Origin: Candidatus Fervidifonticultor quintus
Lineage (GTDB): Bacteria; Sysuimicrobiota; Sysuimicrobiia; Sysuimicrobiales; Humicultoraceae
Reading direction: 5' to 3'
NCBI GenBank assembly: GCA_031459535.1
Contig: JAVKIJ010000003.1
Location: 1 to 64,000 of the forward strand
DNA length: 64,000 bases
The notes under the pieces: model-generated
Told to the model about the DNA's origin: nothing
Seen by the model: the letters and a program-made list of their open reading frames with translations, nothing else
Databases searched by the model: none
Shown here: positions 28,709-38,692 of the stretch, one piece after another
Layout: every line of letters begins with the position of its first letter
How positions within the stretch are numbered: the stretch's first letter is position 1
Position numbers and translations under genes: made by a program

Positions 28709-30799
28709 TCACCAGAGCAGCCGGTAGATGCCGTACGCACCCAACACCCGCTGGACGTACGCCCGGGTTTCCGCAAACGGAATCCGCTCCACGAAATGGT
28801 CGGGATCTGGATCGAGGCCTACCCAGCGCCGCGCGGCGCCGGGGCCGGCGTTGTACGCGGCCAGCGCCAGCCGTAGGTCGCCGTCGAACCGGTCCAACTG
28901 CAAACGCAGATAACGGGCGCCCAGTGTCAGGTTGGTGGCCGGTTCCTTGAGGCGTTCGCGCGTCCTGCCCAGTTCGCCGCTCAGCGCCTGTGCGGTCTGC
29001 GGGAGCAACTGGGCCAGTCCGACTGCCCCTGCCGGCGAGATGACCGCGGGATCGTACCGGCTCTCTTCACGGACCAGGGCGAGCAGCAGCAGGGGATCGA
29101 TGCCGGCGGCCCTGGCTGCGTCGGTCACCTCGGGCCAGAATGCCCTGGGATAGGCCAGCCGCCATGTCCCGTCATCGCGCACGCCGCCCCCCAGCGCTTC
29201 TTCCGCGCAGGCCACCGACCGGGGGATGTCGCCCAGCCGCGCGTAGACGTCGGCCAGGAAGCGCAGGAGGCGCGGCTCAGGGCGGAGGGCCAGCGCGTCC
29301 TCGGCGGCATCAGCCGCATCGCCATCCAGACCCAGGCGCGCTAGTTCCTCATGCACTGGCGCCGCAGCACCGCGCGGAAAGGCGTGAGGCAACGACGGGG
29401 GGAGCTCGGGGGGCCCCAGACCCAGCCGCGCCCTGGCCCGCTGGCCGTAGAAGGTGAGCGGGTAGCGGTCTGCCACCATACGGACCAACCGTGCCGCCGC
29501 ATCGGCGTCGCGCGAGGAACCGGTGGCTTCCAGAGCCTTCGCGGCCCAATACCACGCCCGGGCGGCGGCGCCCCGCCACGGCGCGGTCTCGGCCGCGGTG
29601 CGAAAGCGGGCGTGGGCGTCGGCGTGACGGCCGCCACGCAGCGCCAGCCAGCCAAGCCGCCACCGCGCCTCGACGGCGTCGCCTGAATCCGCGGCCACTT
29701 CGACCACGCGGCGATAGGCTGCCGCCGCATCGGCAGCCCTGCCCGCGCTCTCGGCGCGCAGGCCAGCCGCGAGCCAGAAGCGGCCGGCCCAGAGTCCCGT
29801 GGGCGCGGTGCGCATCAAAGCCTGCGCGGCCTCGCGCGCCTGCGCCACCATCCCGGCGCGCCGGGCTGCGGACGCGGCCCAGAACCACGCGCCCGCCGTG
29901 TTCCACCCCGACGCTGCCGCCAGGCGGAAGGCGCCGTAGGCCCCCTCAGGATCGGTGCGGAGGAGCAACTCGCCCGCCCGGTAGGCGGCCTCGCCCGCGA
30001 GCGCTCTCGACGTCGCGGCCATCGCGGCGCGGAACTCCGCGAGGGCCTGATCCCATGCGCCCTGCTGCAAGAGGCGCCGCCCCCGGGCCAAGCGTGCCTC
30101 GGGGTCCGCGGCTGTCGGCGAGAACGGCCGGCCCAGCAGTTGCGAGAGCGCCTCGCGGGCCTCCACCTCCTGCGGGTTTCCCGGGAAGCCCCAGGCCACG
30201 CGCCCCAGCGCCGTCCGCGCCAGATCACGCCGGCCGGCGGCCCCCGCGGCGGTCCCCAGCAGCCACCAGGTGCGGGGATCGTCGGGACGGAGCGCGGCGG
30301 CGGCCCACAGAGCTGCCGCGGCCGCGGCGGGACGGTCGCGCGCCAGTTCCGCCTCACCCAGCGCGAGCCAGACCCGACCCCGCAGTCTGCCGCTCGTTGC
30401 CGCAGCAAGCGCGGACAGCGCCTCGGTCGCCTCGGCGGCGCGGCCCGATCTGGTGAGCGCGGTGGCCTCCCCGAGCTGCGCGTACAGACGCAGGGCGGGA
30501 TGGGCGGAGGCGGCGCGGAACGCCGCGGCCGCAGCGTCATGCCGACCCAGGACGCCGAGGCACCAACCGAGCAGGTACGCGGCGCGCAGCGACTCGAGAT
30601 CGGCGCCGGTTGCCATGCTTCCCAGTCCGGCGATCGCTTCTGCGCACCCGCCGCGCCGCACGCCCTGCGCCAGCCGGTCGAGTGAGGCGTCGGCCGACGC
30701 CAGCGCGCCCCGGGCCGGCGGGCACTGCGGGCCCCACAGCGCGGAGGCTGCGGCCAGCACGAGAACCATGCTCCTGATCCGGGGCCGCTGTCGACGCAC
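28709..30799 (-). CDS. Soluble lytic transglycosylase (SLT domain) with TPR-like helical repeats
   Basis: Signal-like N-terminus and Ala-rich helical repeats. SLT motifs REESRY, GAVGLAQL, AYNAGPG and ETRAYV. Start approximate (30799 or 30769). Confidence 0.85.
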   Translation of the reverse strand: MRRQRPRIRSMVLVLAAASALWGPQCPPARGALASADASLDRLAQGVRRGGCAEAIAGLGSMATGADLESLRAAYLLGWCLGVLGRHDAAAAAFRAASAHPALRLYAQLGEATALTRSGRAAEATEALSALAAATSGRLRGRVWLALGEAELARDRPAAAAAALWAAAALRPDDPRTWWLLGTAAGAAGRRDLARTALGRVAWGFPGNPQEVEAREALSQLLGRPFSPTAADPEARLARGRRLLQQGAWDQALAEFRAAMAATSRALAGEAAYRAGELLLRTDPEGAYGAFRLAAASGWNTAGAWFWAASAARRAGMVAQAREAAQALMRTAPTGLWAGRFWLAAGLRAESAGRAADAAAAYRRVVEVAADSGDAVEARWRLGWLALRGGRHADAHARFRTAAETAPWRGAAARAWYWAAKALEATGSSRDADAAARLVRMVADRYPLTFYGQRARARLGLGPPELPPSLPHAFPRGAAAPVHEELARLGLDGDAADAAEDALALRPEPRLLRFLADVYARLGDIPRSVACAEEALGGGVRDDGTWRLAYPRAFWPEVTDAARAAGIDPLLLLALVREESRYDPAVISPAGAVGLAQLLPQTAQALSGELGRTRERLKEPATNLTLGARYLRLQLDRFDGDLRLALAAYNAGPGAARRWVGLDPDPDHFVERIPFAETRAYVQRVLGAYGIYRLLW

Positions 30800-30812
30800 T
30801 GCGCTATGGGTT

Positions 30813-31517
30813 CTACTGGCCCGCAGGCTTCCCAGCCCGGAGGGTGATGCTGAAGAGGTCGTCGCCGGTGTAGGACCGCCTCGCCAGCACCTCGACGTCG
30901 GTGAAGCCCGCCGCGCGCACCTGACCCAGGTAGTCGCCCTCCGGGATCGCCCCGGCCAGGCAGGCCGCCCAGGTGGCTGCGCTCTTGAACGATTCCGGCA
31001 GCGGCTGCCGGCTCACGACGTCCGAAATCACGAGCCGTCCGCCGGGCCGCAGTACCCGGAACGCCTCGGCAAACGCGGGCCGCTTGTCCGGCAGCAGATT
31101 GATCACGCAGTTGCTGATCACGGCATCGGCGATGCCGTCGGGAAGCGGCAGATGTTCGATCTCGCCGAGACGGAATTCGGCGTTGGAGATCCCCAGGGCC
31201 GAGGCCGCCCGCCGCGCCTTCGCGACCATCTCCGGCGTCATATCCACGCCGATCACCCGACCTGTCGGTCCGACCCGCTCCGCTGCCAGGAAGACGTCGC
31301 GGCCCGTGCCGCTGCCCAGGTCGACCACGGTCTCGCCGGGTTGGAGGCCTGCGGCCTCGACGGGTGTGCCGCAGCCCAGCGAGGGACCCAGCAGGTCGTC
31401 TGTGACCTCCCGGTCCGCGAAGATCTTCACCGGCGCGTCGCCGCAACACGATTCGCCTGTGGTCGCTGCCCGCGCATACCGCTCGCGCACCGCCGCTCGG
31501 ATGGCGTGTTCATCCAT
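30813..31517 (-). CDS. arsM: Arsenite S-adenosylmethionine methyltransferase
   Basis: AVRERYA...SCC, SLGCGTP, DLGSGTG, GVDMT, ISNCVINL and WAACLAGA, so the conserved ArsM cysteines are present. Downstream of arsR. Confidence 0.85.
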   Translation of the reverse strand: MDEHAIRAAVRERYARAATTGESCCGDAPVKIFADREVTDDLLGPSLGCGTPVEAAGLQPGETVVDLGSGTGRDVFLAAERVGPTGRVIGVDMTPEMVAKARRAASALGISNAEFRLGEIEHLPLPDGIADAVISNCVINLLPDKRPAFAEAFRVLRPGGRLVISDVVSRQPLPESFKSAATWAACLAGAIPEGDYLGQVRAAGFTDVEVLARRSYTGDDLFSITLRAGKPAGQ

Positions 31518-31531
31518 GTTCCGTCCTCCCG

Positions 31532-31914
31532 TTAGAGGGATGTCTCGCGCGCCGGCCAGTCAGGTCGCGCCAGCACCATGACCACAGCCGAGGCGCAAGC
31601 CCCAGTCCCAAACTGCCCGAGGCGAGAACCGCGCCTGGGACAGCGGCCCGATCTGTCTGTAAGAATCCAAACCGCCGGAAGTATCCAGCGGCGTCTGCCG
31701 TGAGCAGGTACACGGCGTGGTCGCCTTGCGCCCACGACCGCCTCAGCAGGGACTCCACCACGCGGGCCGTCAGCCTGCGACCGCGGTGGCGGGCAACCAT
31801 GAAACCGGCCAAGCCCTCGGCCACGCCTTCCGTCGACAACCCCACCGCCTCCAACAGGGCTCTGATCCCGTCTAGATCCCTCGGCCCGGCACTGGTGACG
31901 GCAAGATCCGCCAT
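31532..31914 (-). pseudogene. arsN2: Degraded ArsN2-like GNAT N-acetyltransferase (internal deletion + frameshift)
   Basis: N-terminus LLEAVGLSTEG...FMVAR and later VYLLTADAAGYFRRFGF...VPGAVLAS are in one frame. The family-type tail QF...ACASAVVM is in another frame after the C-run at 31616-31618. The central GLLRSV..RGxGxG acetyl-CoA segment is missing. Confidence 0.7.
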
Positions 31915-31930
31915 GATCACCCGACAATTC

Positions 31931-31946
31931 ATTGAAATTGATCGAT
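31931..31946. promoter_or_regulatory. Second ArsR-type operator
   Basis: ATTGA-aattga-TCGAT in an AT-rich patch, same N6 geometry as the box upstream of arsR. Confidence 0.55.
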
Positions 31947-31960
31947 AAATCGAGGCCCGC

Positions 31961-32317
31961 CTACAGGTACCGCACGAGGTCCAGGACGACCCGCTTGATC
32001 GTCTCGCGCCTCAACCCGTAGTACGCCCAGTGCCCGCGCCTGACCACGTCCACCAGCCCCGCCTCGCGCAGGACCCTGAGGTGATGAGAGACCGTCGGCT
32101 GCGCGACGTCGAAGGCGGTAGCGATCTCGCACACGCACAGTCGTTCGTGCCTGGAGAGCAGTTCGACGATGCCCAGCCGCACCGGGTCCCCCAGCGCTTC
32201 CAGCAGCGCGCTCGCATCAGCCACGGCCTGGTGATCGATGACGCCTGCGTGCGAGAGGAGGCCGCACTCGGCGCAGACGGCGGGTGGAGCAGTCGGGAAT
32301 GAAGCCTCAGCGCTCAT
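31961..32317 (-). CDS. arsR: ArsR/SmtB family metalloregulator
   Basis: ALGDPVRLGIV, LCVCEI (As-binding alpha3 site) and QPTVSHHLRVLREAGLV. Extra N-terminal CAEC. Confidence 0.9.
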   Translation of the reverse strand: MSAEASFPTAPPAVCAECGLLSHAGVIDHQAVADASALLEALGDPVRLGIVELLSRHERLCVCEIATAFDVAQPTVSHHLRVLREAGLVDVVRRGHWAYYGLRRETIKRVVLDLVRYL

Positions 32318-32319
32318 GG

Positions 32320-32352
32320 TATTGATTATCTTCAATATATTCGGTCTGTCAA
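32320..32352 (-). promoter_or_regulatory. arsR promoter and operator
   Basis: Minus strand TTGACA (32347-32352)-N16-GATAAT (32325-32330)-N7-ATG. Perfect inverted repeat TATTGA-N6-TCAATA at 32320-32337 covers the -10. Confidence 0.8.
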
Positions 32353-34754
32353 GCCCCGGGGCCGCCCATGGCTTCCAGGCTGAAGTGCAGCCGCGTGGCG
32401 ACGTTGTGCAGCGTGCGGCGGACGTCGTCCGGCGCGTGGGGGAGTTGGGGCGCCAGCCGGGTCGCGAAGACGTTCTGCGCCTGCCACAGGTTTGGCACGA
32501 TTCCGGCGTCCGCTGCGAAGTCCAGAGCCTGCTCAACCTCCCGCAGGTTGTCTATGGCGAAGAGGCCGTCAGCGCTCGCCAGGTGTCGTTCGATACGGGC
32601 GCGCACCAGCGGCTCCAGCTCAGCCGACGGCAGCGCCAGGCCCCATGCGCGAGCCTCGGCGACCAGGTCCCAGGCCGCAGGGCTCAGCGTCCCCGGGGCG
32701 GCCAGCGCGCGGCGCAGATCGGTCAGCACGATGAACTGGGCCGCCATCAGGAACTCGCGCGGCACCGGCACATCGGCGTCCCTCAGCGTCCTCATCAGGG
32801 CCCGGCTCTCGTGGTAGAGCCGCCGGTAGGAGGACTCCAGATGCGCAATGGTCTCCTCCGAGAGTCGCGCCAGGACCTGGCGGCGCTGCTCGGTGAACAG
32901 GTCGCGCAGCGTGTAGAACTGACGGCCGAAGACGTCGTCCACCTGCCGGATGATCTCGGTGACCGACCCGGACCCGAAGACGCCAGCGAGCGCCGCCGCC
33001 GCCGCCGCGTGAGCCTCGTCGTCCCAGCCCGAGGCCACGCAGCCATGGACGTCGGTGCCGCCGAAGTGCAGGACGGCATAGGACAGCGTTTCGGACTCCG
33101 TGGTCGCCGCGGATGTGACCGTGGCGCGGCCGGTCAAGAGGGTATGAGCGCCGCGCGTTGTGCGCTGCTCGTCCCGGCAGGCCACATGGTACGCGTACAC
33201 GTCAGCCTCGGTGCCGGTGGGCTGGAACAGCGACAGGATCGCGAAGTGCGCCGCCACCCGCCGGGCGTCTACGATGGCGGGCCGCACCAGGCGCTCGTAG
33301 ACACCCGTCCCGTGGCCGAAGGCGGGCACGTTGCTCTCCGCCTGCCGGAGCCGCTCGAGGAAGGGCCGCTCAAGGGCGCGGCCGCCGGCCTCGGCGAGCT
33401 GGATGGCGCGGGCCGCGTGTCGGAGATTCTGGACGGCTTCCGGGCGCGAGATGTCCTCGAAGAACCACCCGTCCGAGGCGAACATGAGCATAGCATGCCG
33501 CTCCATCTCCAGCAGCCGCAAGGCGGCACGGCGCTGGTCCAGCCCGGCCGGATGCCGTGCGTAGGCCGCGAGAAACCGCGAGATAGTGGCCTCGCTGCGA
33601 TCGAGCACCACCTCGATGTAGGCGTCGCGGGCAGCCCACGGATCGTGGAAGATCCTCTCGCCCGCCTCCTCGAAGTGGCCATCGATCTCCTGCTTGAGCC
33701 ACTCCAGGGCTTCTCGGAAGGGCTGACGCCACCGCAGGTGCCAGTGGCCGGCGGCGCCACACCCGCAAGCCGAGCGCCATCGTTCCACGCCGTGGGCGCA
33801 CGACCATGAGGTCCGCTCACGGATCTGGACCTCATCGGTAGGCGGGTGGTCTGCCAGGAACGCGGCGTAGTTGGTCAGCCGGCCGCCGGCGCGGCGCTCC
33901 AGCACCTCCATGGCGTAGGCCAGGGCCATCTCGCCGAAGCGGTGGTGGTGACCGTAGGTCTCGCCGTCGGTGGCCACGTGGACGAGGCGATCGCCAGCCC
34001 GTCCCGGCTCGCCCGCGGCGCCCAGCAGGCGGTCGGCGAGCGCTTCGCCGCTCTCCAGCAGCCCCCCGAAGGCGATCTCCCGGGCTACCGTGTCCTCGTA
34101 GAAGAACAGGACGATCTCCAGCCCCCGCCCCACGCGGCAGAGGTACGGCCGCGTCGGGTCCAGCACGCCGGGACCTGCGTCTGCCCATTTGCCGCCCGCG
34201 GCGGGGCGCACGCGCGCTGCCTGGTGCGGTGCCAGGATGGTGAATCTGATCCCGCATTCGGCCAGCGCCGCCAGGGTCCGCAGGTCCACCGCGGTCTCCG
34301 GCAACCACAGACCCTCGGGCGCGCGGCCGAAGCGCCACCGGAAGTCTGCAATGCCCCAGCGCACCTGGGTCATCAGGTCCCGCGCAGATGCCAGCGGGAG
34401 GATGGCGTGGTTGTAGGCCTGCGCCATGGCGTTGCCCCGGCCTCGGGCAGCGACGCTGGCCCGGTCGGCAGCGACGATCCGTGCGTAGGTCTCGGGCGCG
34501 TGGCGATGGAGCCACCGGGCCAGCGTCGGGCCCACATTGAAGGAGATGCGCTCGTAGTTGTTGACGATGCGGACGATCCGACCCCGGTCGTCGAGGATGC
34601 GGGCCGCGGCGTTGGGCGCATAGCACTCGGCGGTCACGCGCTCGTTCCAGTCATGTGCCGGCGCGGCCGAGTCCTCGATCTCGACCACCTCCAGCCACGG
34701 GTGCTCTCTGGCCGGCTGGTAGAAATGGCCGTGGATGCAGAACTGGGGGCTCAC
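32349..34754 (-). CDS. GH57 family glycoside hydrolase with DUF3536-type C-terminal domain
   Basis: CIHGHFYQPARE, WLPETA, ATDGETYGHH, SWSCAHGVERW and FASDGWFFEDIS. GTG start overlaps the glgC stop. Confidence 0.85.
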   Translation of the reverse strand: MSPQFCIHGHFYQPAREHPWLEVVEIEDSAAPAHDWNERVTAECYAPNAAARILDDRGRIVRIVNNYERISFNVGPTLARWLHRHAPETYARIVAADRASVAARGRGNAMAQAYNHAILPLASARDLMTQVRWGIADFRWRFGRAPEGLWLPETAVDLRTLAALAECGIRFTILAPHQAARVRPAAGGKWADAGPGVLDPTRPYLCRVGRGLEIVLFFYEDTVAREIAFGGLLESGEALADRLLGAAGEPGRAGDRLVHVATDGETYGHHHRFGEMALAYAMEVLERRAGGRLTNYAAFLADHPPTDEVQIRERTSWSCAHGVERWRSACGCGAAGHWHLRWRQPFREALEWLKQEIDGHFEEAGERIFHDPWAARDAYIEVVLDRSEATISRFLAAYARHPAGLDQRRAALRLLEMERHAMLMFASDGWFFEDISRPEAVQNLRHAARAIQLAEAGGRALERPFLERLRQAESNVPAFGHGTGVYERLVRPAIVDARRVAAHFAILSLFQPTGTEADVYAYHVACRDEQRTTRGAHTLLTGRATVTSAATTESETLSYAVLHFGGTDVHGCVASGWDDEAHAAAAAALAGVFGSGSVTEIIRQVDDVFGRQFYTLRDLFTEQRRQVLARLSEETIAHLESSYRRLYHESRALMRTLRDADVPVPREFLMAAQFIVLTDLRRALAAPGTLSPAAWDLVAEARAWGLALPSAELEPLVRARIERHLASADGLFAIDNLREVEQALDFAADAGIVPNLWQAQNVFATRLAPQLPHAPDDVRRTLHNVATRLHFSLEAMGGPGA

Positions 34755-35980
34755 GGAGTATACCGGGTCAGGCCTCGAGGCAGGACGACGATGCCGGAGG
34801 GATCCACGTGGTGGGTCTGCGCGTCGCGGGCAGGGTCGATACCGATGACATCGCCGTCCGGAATGACGTTGTACCGATCGGCAACCACGCGACGCAGCCG
34901 CGCGCCCCGCCCGACCGTGGTGTGATCCATGATAATACACTCCTCGATGACTGCGCCGGGTTCCACCCGGACGCCACGGCCAAGGATGGACCGCCGGATC
35001 GTCGCCCGGTCGATCCGCGTCCCCTGGCCGATCAGGGAGTCCGTGATGTCCCCGGCGATGAACCGAACCGCAGGCCCGCTGTACGGCGCGCTGTGGATCG
35101 GCCACTGGGCGTTGTCGAGGTCGAACACCGGGTGCTCTCCCAGCAGGTCCATGTGGGCGTCCCAGTATGCGCCGATGGTGCCCACGTCGCGCCAATAGCC
35201 CTGCTCCTCGTACGGTTTGGTGCCCGGCACCTCGTTGGCCAGGAAGTTGTAGGCGAACACTCGGGCGTGAGGATACAGCTCTGGGATGACGGTGCGTCCG
35301 AAATCATGATCGGTGCTGCGGCGCGCGTCCTCGATCAGGGTTTCCACGAGCAGATCGCAGTTGAAAATGTAGTTGCCCATGGAGGACAGGGCCCGCCTCG
35401 GATCGGTCGGCATCGGCTTGGGTCGGGCGGGTTTCTCCTCGAAGCCAACGATGCGGCCTGCGGTGTCCACCTCGATGATGCCGAACCCTGACGCCTGGTC
35501 GACGGGGACCGGTAGGGCGGCCACCGTCACCTGCGCATCGCGTTCAAGATGAAACGTCAGCATCTGGTTGATGTCCATCCGGTAGATGTGGTCCGCCCCG
35601 AAAATCATGACGATGCTCGGGTTGAAGTCACGGATCAGGTTGAGATTCTGATAGACCGCGTCGGCAGTGCCGCGGTACCAGGTCTCGCCCCACCGCATCT
35701 GGGGCGGAACGGCGATGACGAAGTGATCGGGCAGTCCGCCAAACCGCCAGCCAAGCCTCAGGTGCTCGATGAGGGATTGGGCCTTGTACTGGACAAGGCA
35801 GTAGATGGCGTGGATACCCGAGTTCACGAAGTTGGACAGGACGAAGTCGATGATGCGGTACTTTCCACCGAATGGCACCGCGGGCTTGCCGCGTTCGCGG
35901 GTCAAGGGCTGCAACCGTTCGCCGCGGCCACCCGCCAGGATGAAGGCCAGCACCCGGTGGCGGGCGACGAGACCGGCCAT
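34751..35980 (-). CDS. glgC: Glucose-1-phosphate adenylyltransferase
   Basis: ILAGGRGERLQPLTRERGKPAVPFGGKYRIID, WYRGTADAVYQN, GADHIYRMD, FEEKP, SMGNYIF, DFG, YWRDVGT and a hexapeptide C-terminus. Confidence 0.95.
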   Translation of the reverse strand: MAGLVARHRVLAFILAGGRGERLQPLTRERGKPAVPFGGKYRIIDFVLSNFVNSGIHAIYCLVQYKAQSLIEHLRLGWRFGGLPDHFVIAVPPQMRWGETWYRGTADAVYQNLNLIRDFNPSIVMIFGADHIYRMDINQMLTFHLERDAQVTVAALPVPVDQASGFGIIEVDTAGRIVGFEEKPARPKPMPTDPRRALSSMGNYIFNCDLLVETLIEDARRSTDHDFGRTVIPELYPHARVFAYNFLANEVPGTKPYEEQGYWRDVGTIGAYWDAHMDLLGEHPVFDLDNAQWPIHSAPYSGPAVRFIAGDITDSLIGQGTRIDRATIRRSILGRGVRVEPGAVIEECIIMDHTTVGRGARLRRVVADRYNVIPDGDVIGIDPARDAQTHHVDPSGIVVLPRGLTRYTP

Positions 35981-37698
35981 CAGAGCGATCGCACCTCCCG
36001 GGCGCTGCGCACGTGCTCCAGCACGTCGGGAAACGGGAAGTCCTGGGCTTCGCGGTCGGCCAGAAACCGTTCGTCGTCGTCCCTTGGTGCCCCGCCCTCG
36101 GCCAGGTGCCGACACAGATTGGCCAGGCGCGTGAAGTGCGCGTAGTGCCCGGCGAACCGGGTTTCCGCATAGTTCCGGGCGGCCCAGGTCGTGATGAGGA
36201 ACTGCCAGTCGGACGCCTGCAGTAGGAGCAACTCCCTGGCCAGTTGCGCCAGCGCCCGCTCCAGCCACGGTCGGCCGGTCCACTCGATGCCGCTGGCCAG
36301 GGTCCAGAACTCCTCTTCGGCCGCGTAGACCATCTCCCAGGTCCACTCCGTGTCCCGGTTGAGCCAGACGCGGTGGTCGCCGCCCTCACCCCATGAGCCT
36401 TCCAGGAGTGTGACGGCCTCCCCGGGCGGGTAGCGGTCCTGGTAGCCGCCCAGGGTATCCACCCCGATTCCCTCGGCCGGGAACCGCCGCAGGGCGTGCG
36501 CCAGGAATTCCGGGCCCTCATACCACCAGTGGCCGAACAGCTCGGTGTCGTAGGGATTGCAGCTCATGGCGGGGTACTGGCTTGTGCGCGACTCGGCATC
36601 GAGGGTCCCACCGACCAGATCCACGAAGTGCGCGGCGTGGAGTTCGACACGCTCGCGCGCGGCCTGAGGGATATAGATCAACTTGGCCCCCAGGTCACTC
36701 TTCGGGTCCGTCACCCGCCAGTAGCGCACGCCGCCCGGGAAGTGCTTCTTGTGGAACTCCAGATACCAGCCATCGCCGGGATACCCGACTTCGCGGCTCC
36801 AGACCTGCAGGGTGGTCCGCGGATCGCGCGCAAAGGCCACGGCCTCGCCCTCGCCGCCGCGGGACGCCACGATGTATGGCCGGTGCGGCGTGCGATCCGT
36901 CCGGTACCGCGGATACTCGACCCCGGCGGCCACGGCGCGCAGCGATGGATAGTAGTCCCTGTAGACCGACAATGCTTCGCCGCCCTGGAGCAGGTGCGCG
37001 TCGGTCACGAAGTGCCTCAGGCCGAAGGCGGCCAGGAGTTCCTCGATGCCACGCCGTCGCCGTCTCAGCTTGCCCTTGAACGGCCCCGCGGGCGGCGTCC
37101 ACTCGTAGCGCGGCCGGTATCCGCACTCTGGGAGCCAGATGCCGCGCGGGGCAGAGCCGAAGTGTCGGACGTGCGTGGCGACCCCGACGCCCAGTTGGAG
37201 CGCGATGGACTCCTCGCGTGCCAACAGCGGCAGGTATCCGTGGGTGGCCGCGCACGTGAGCAGCTCGACGACCCCTGATCGGGCCAGAGCCCGAAACGCC
37301 CCCAGCAGGTCGCCGTCCAGCGCCCTGAACTGATTCAACGTGCGGCGATACGTGCGCTCCCAGTAGTGGGTCAGTTCCGCCAGGGCGCTCTCGCCGGTGC
37401 GCTCGAAATGCGCCCGGTTCTCGGCACAGGCCTCCAGCCGCTGGTGCAGGTACGCCTCGACCTCGGGGACAAAGGAGGCGTGCGCCATCTGCTCGCTGAG
37501 GACGGGCGAGATGCTGATGGTGAGCAGGCTGCGGCGCCCCTCGGCGGCCAGACGGTGGAGGACGTCCAGCAACGGCAGGTAGCACCCGATCGTGACCTCG
37601 GAGAGCCAGTCGCTGCCGTGAGGCCACCGGCCGTGCCCGAGCACCAAGGGGAGATGCGAATGAAGCGTCAGGAGGAAATGCCCACGCGGCGGGACCAT
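35980..37698 (-). CDS. GH57 1,4-alpha-glucan branching enzyme (DUF1957-type)
   Basis: LHSHLP, ATHGYLPL, WLPECGY, YLEFHK, PYDTELFGHWWYEG, SWGEGG and LQASDWQF. Confidence 0.9.
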   Translation of the reverse strand: MVPPRGHFLLTLHSHLPLVLGHGRWPHGSDWLSEVTIGCYLPLLDVLHRLAAEGRRSLLTISISPVLSEQMAHASFVPEVEAYLHQRLEACAENRAHFERTGESALAELTHYWERTYRRTLNQFRALDGDLLGAFRALARSGVVELLTCAATHGYLPLLAREESIALQLGVGVATHVRHFGSAPRGIWLPECGYRPRYEWTPPAGPFKGKLRRRRRGIEELLAAFGLRHFVTDAHLLQGGEALSVYRDYYPSLRAVAAGVEYPRYRTDRTPHRPYIVASRGGEGEAVAFARDPRTTLQVWSREVGYPGDGWYLEFHKKHFPGGVRYWRVTDPKSDLGAKLIYIPQAARERVELHAAHFVDLVGGTLDAESRTSQYPAMSCNPYDTELFGHWWYEGPEFLAHALRRFPAEGIGVDTLGGYQDRYPPGEAVTLLEGSWGEGGDHRVWLNRDTEWTWEMVYAAEEEFWTLASGIEWTGRPWLERALAQLARELLLLQASDWQFLITTWAARNYAETRFAGHYAHFTRLANLCRHLAEGGAPRDDDERFLADREAQDFPFPDVLEHVRSAREVRSL

Positions 37699-37746
37699 GG
37701 CGACGTTGCCTGACTTGGCCCTGGTCTCGTCGAAATCCTCCTCTGT

Positions 37747-38670
37747 CTATTCCGGCGGCGCCGCGAACCAGCTCATGGTGGCCGCCAACCCGGCTTCCAG
37801 CGTCGTCAGCGGCGTCCATCCCAGATGCGCCGCCGCCGCGCCGCACGCCAGGGCGATGTGCCGCACATCGCCGGGCCGCGGCGCCCCGTGCCGCGGCGGC
37901 GCGGCAGACGGCAGGAGGCGGGCCAGCATGCGGTAGATGGCGTTGACGCTGGTGCCCACGCCGGTCCCGATGTTGAAGGCCCCCTCGGCGCGTCGGTCGG
38001 TCGCCAGCAAGTTGGCCCGCACCACATCGTCCACGAAGACGAAGTCCCGGGTCTGCTCACCGTCGCCGAAGATTGTTGGAGGCCGACCATCGAGCAGGGC
38101 GCGGGCGAAGATGGCCACGACCCCTGCCTCGCCGTGGGGGTCCTGGCGAGGGCCGTACACGTTGGCGTAGCGCAGGGCGCAGACCCGCAGGCCCCAGGCG
38201 CGGCGGAATAGCCCGAGGTAGCTCTCGGCCGCTGCCTTGGCGCAGCCATAGGGACTTGCGGGCAGGATGGGCGTGGACTCGTCGGCCGGCAACCGGTCCG
38301 GATCGCCGTACAGCGCGCCGCCGGTAGAGGCGAAGATGAAGTGCTCGGCACCGTACTCAACAGCCAGGTGCGCCAAACGCACTGTGCCCAGCACGTTGAC
38401 GTCGGCGTCGGAGACCGGGTCTTTGACTGAGGCGCTGACCGAGACCTGCGCCGCGTGGTGATTCACCACCTGGGGCCGCTCGTGCGCAAAGACGTCCTGG
38501 ACGGACGGATCACGGATGTCCATCTGATAGAACCGGGCGGCGGCGGGCACGAACGCGCGCCGGCCGGAGGCCAGCGAATCGATGACCACCACCTGGTCGC
38601 CGCGCGCTACGTGCGCCTGTGCCACCTGGGAGCCGATGAACCCCGCGCCGCCGGTGATCAGCACCCGCAT
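37747..38670 (-). CDS. NAD-dependent epimerase/dehydratase (UDP-glucose 4-epimerase-like)
   Basis: TGGAGFIGS, ASTGGALYG, YGCAK and YANVYGPRQDPHGEAGVV. Confidence 0.9.
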   Translation of the reverse strand: MRVLITGGAGFIGSQVAQAHVARGDQVVVIDSLASGRRAFVPAAARFYQMDIRDPSVQDVFAHERPQVVNHHAAQVSVSASVKDPVSDADVNVLGTVRLAHLAVEYGAEHFIFASTGGALYGDPDRLPADESTPILPASPYGCAKAAAESYLGLFRRAWGLRVCALRYANVYGPRQDPHGEAGVVAIFARALLDGRPPTIFGDGEQTRDFVFVDDVVRANLLATDRRAEGAFNIGTGVGTSVNAIYRMLARLLPSAAPPRHGAPRPGDVRHIALACGAAAAHLGWTPLTTLEAGLAATMSWFAAPPE

Positions 38671-38692
38671 CCGGACACTCCCTCTCCGCTGC

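Noticed and set aside
31600..31630. Programmed frameshift in arsN2
   Set aside because: No slippery heptamer is evident, and the gene has also lost its catalytic core, so decay is the simpler explanation.
30800..32350. Arsenic cassette as an active mobile element
   Set aside because: No terminal repeats, target duplication or mobility gene was found by eye.
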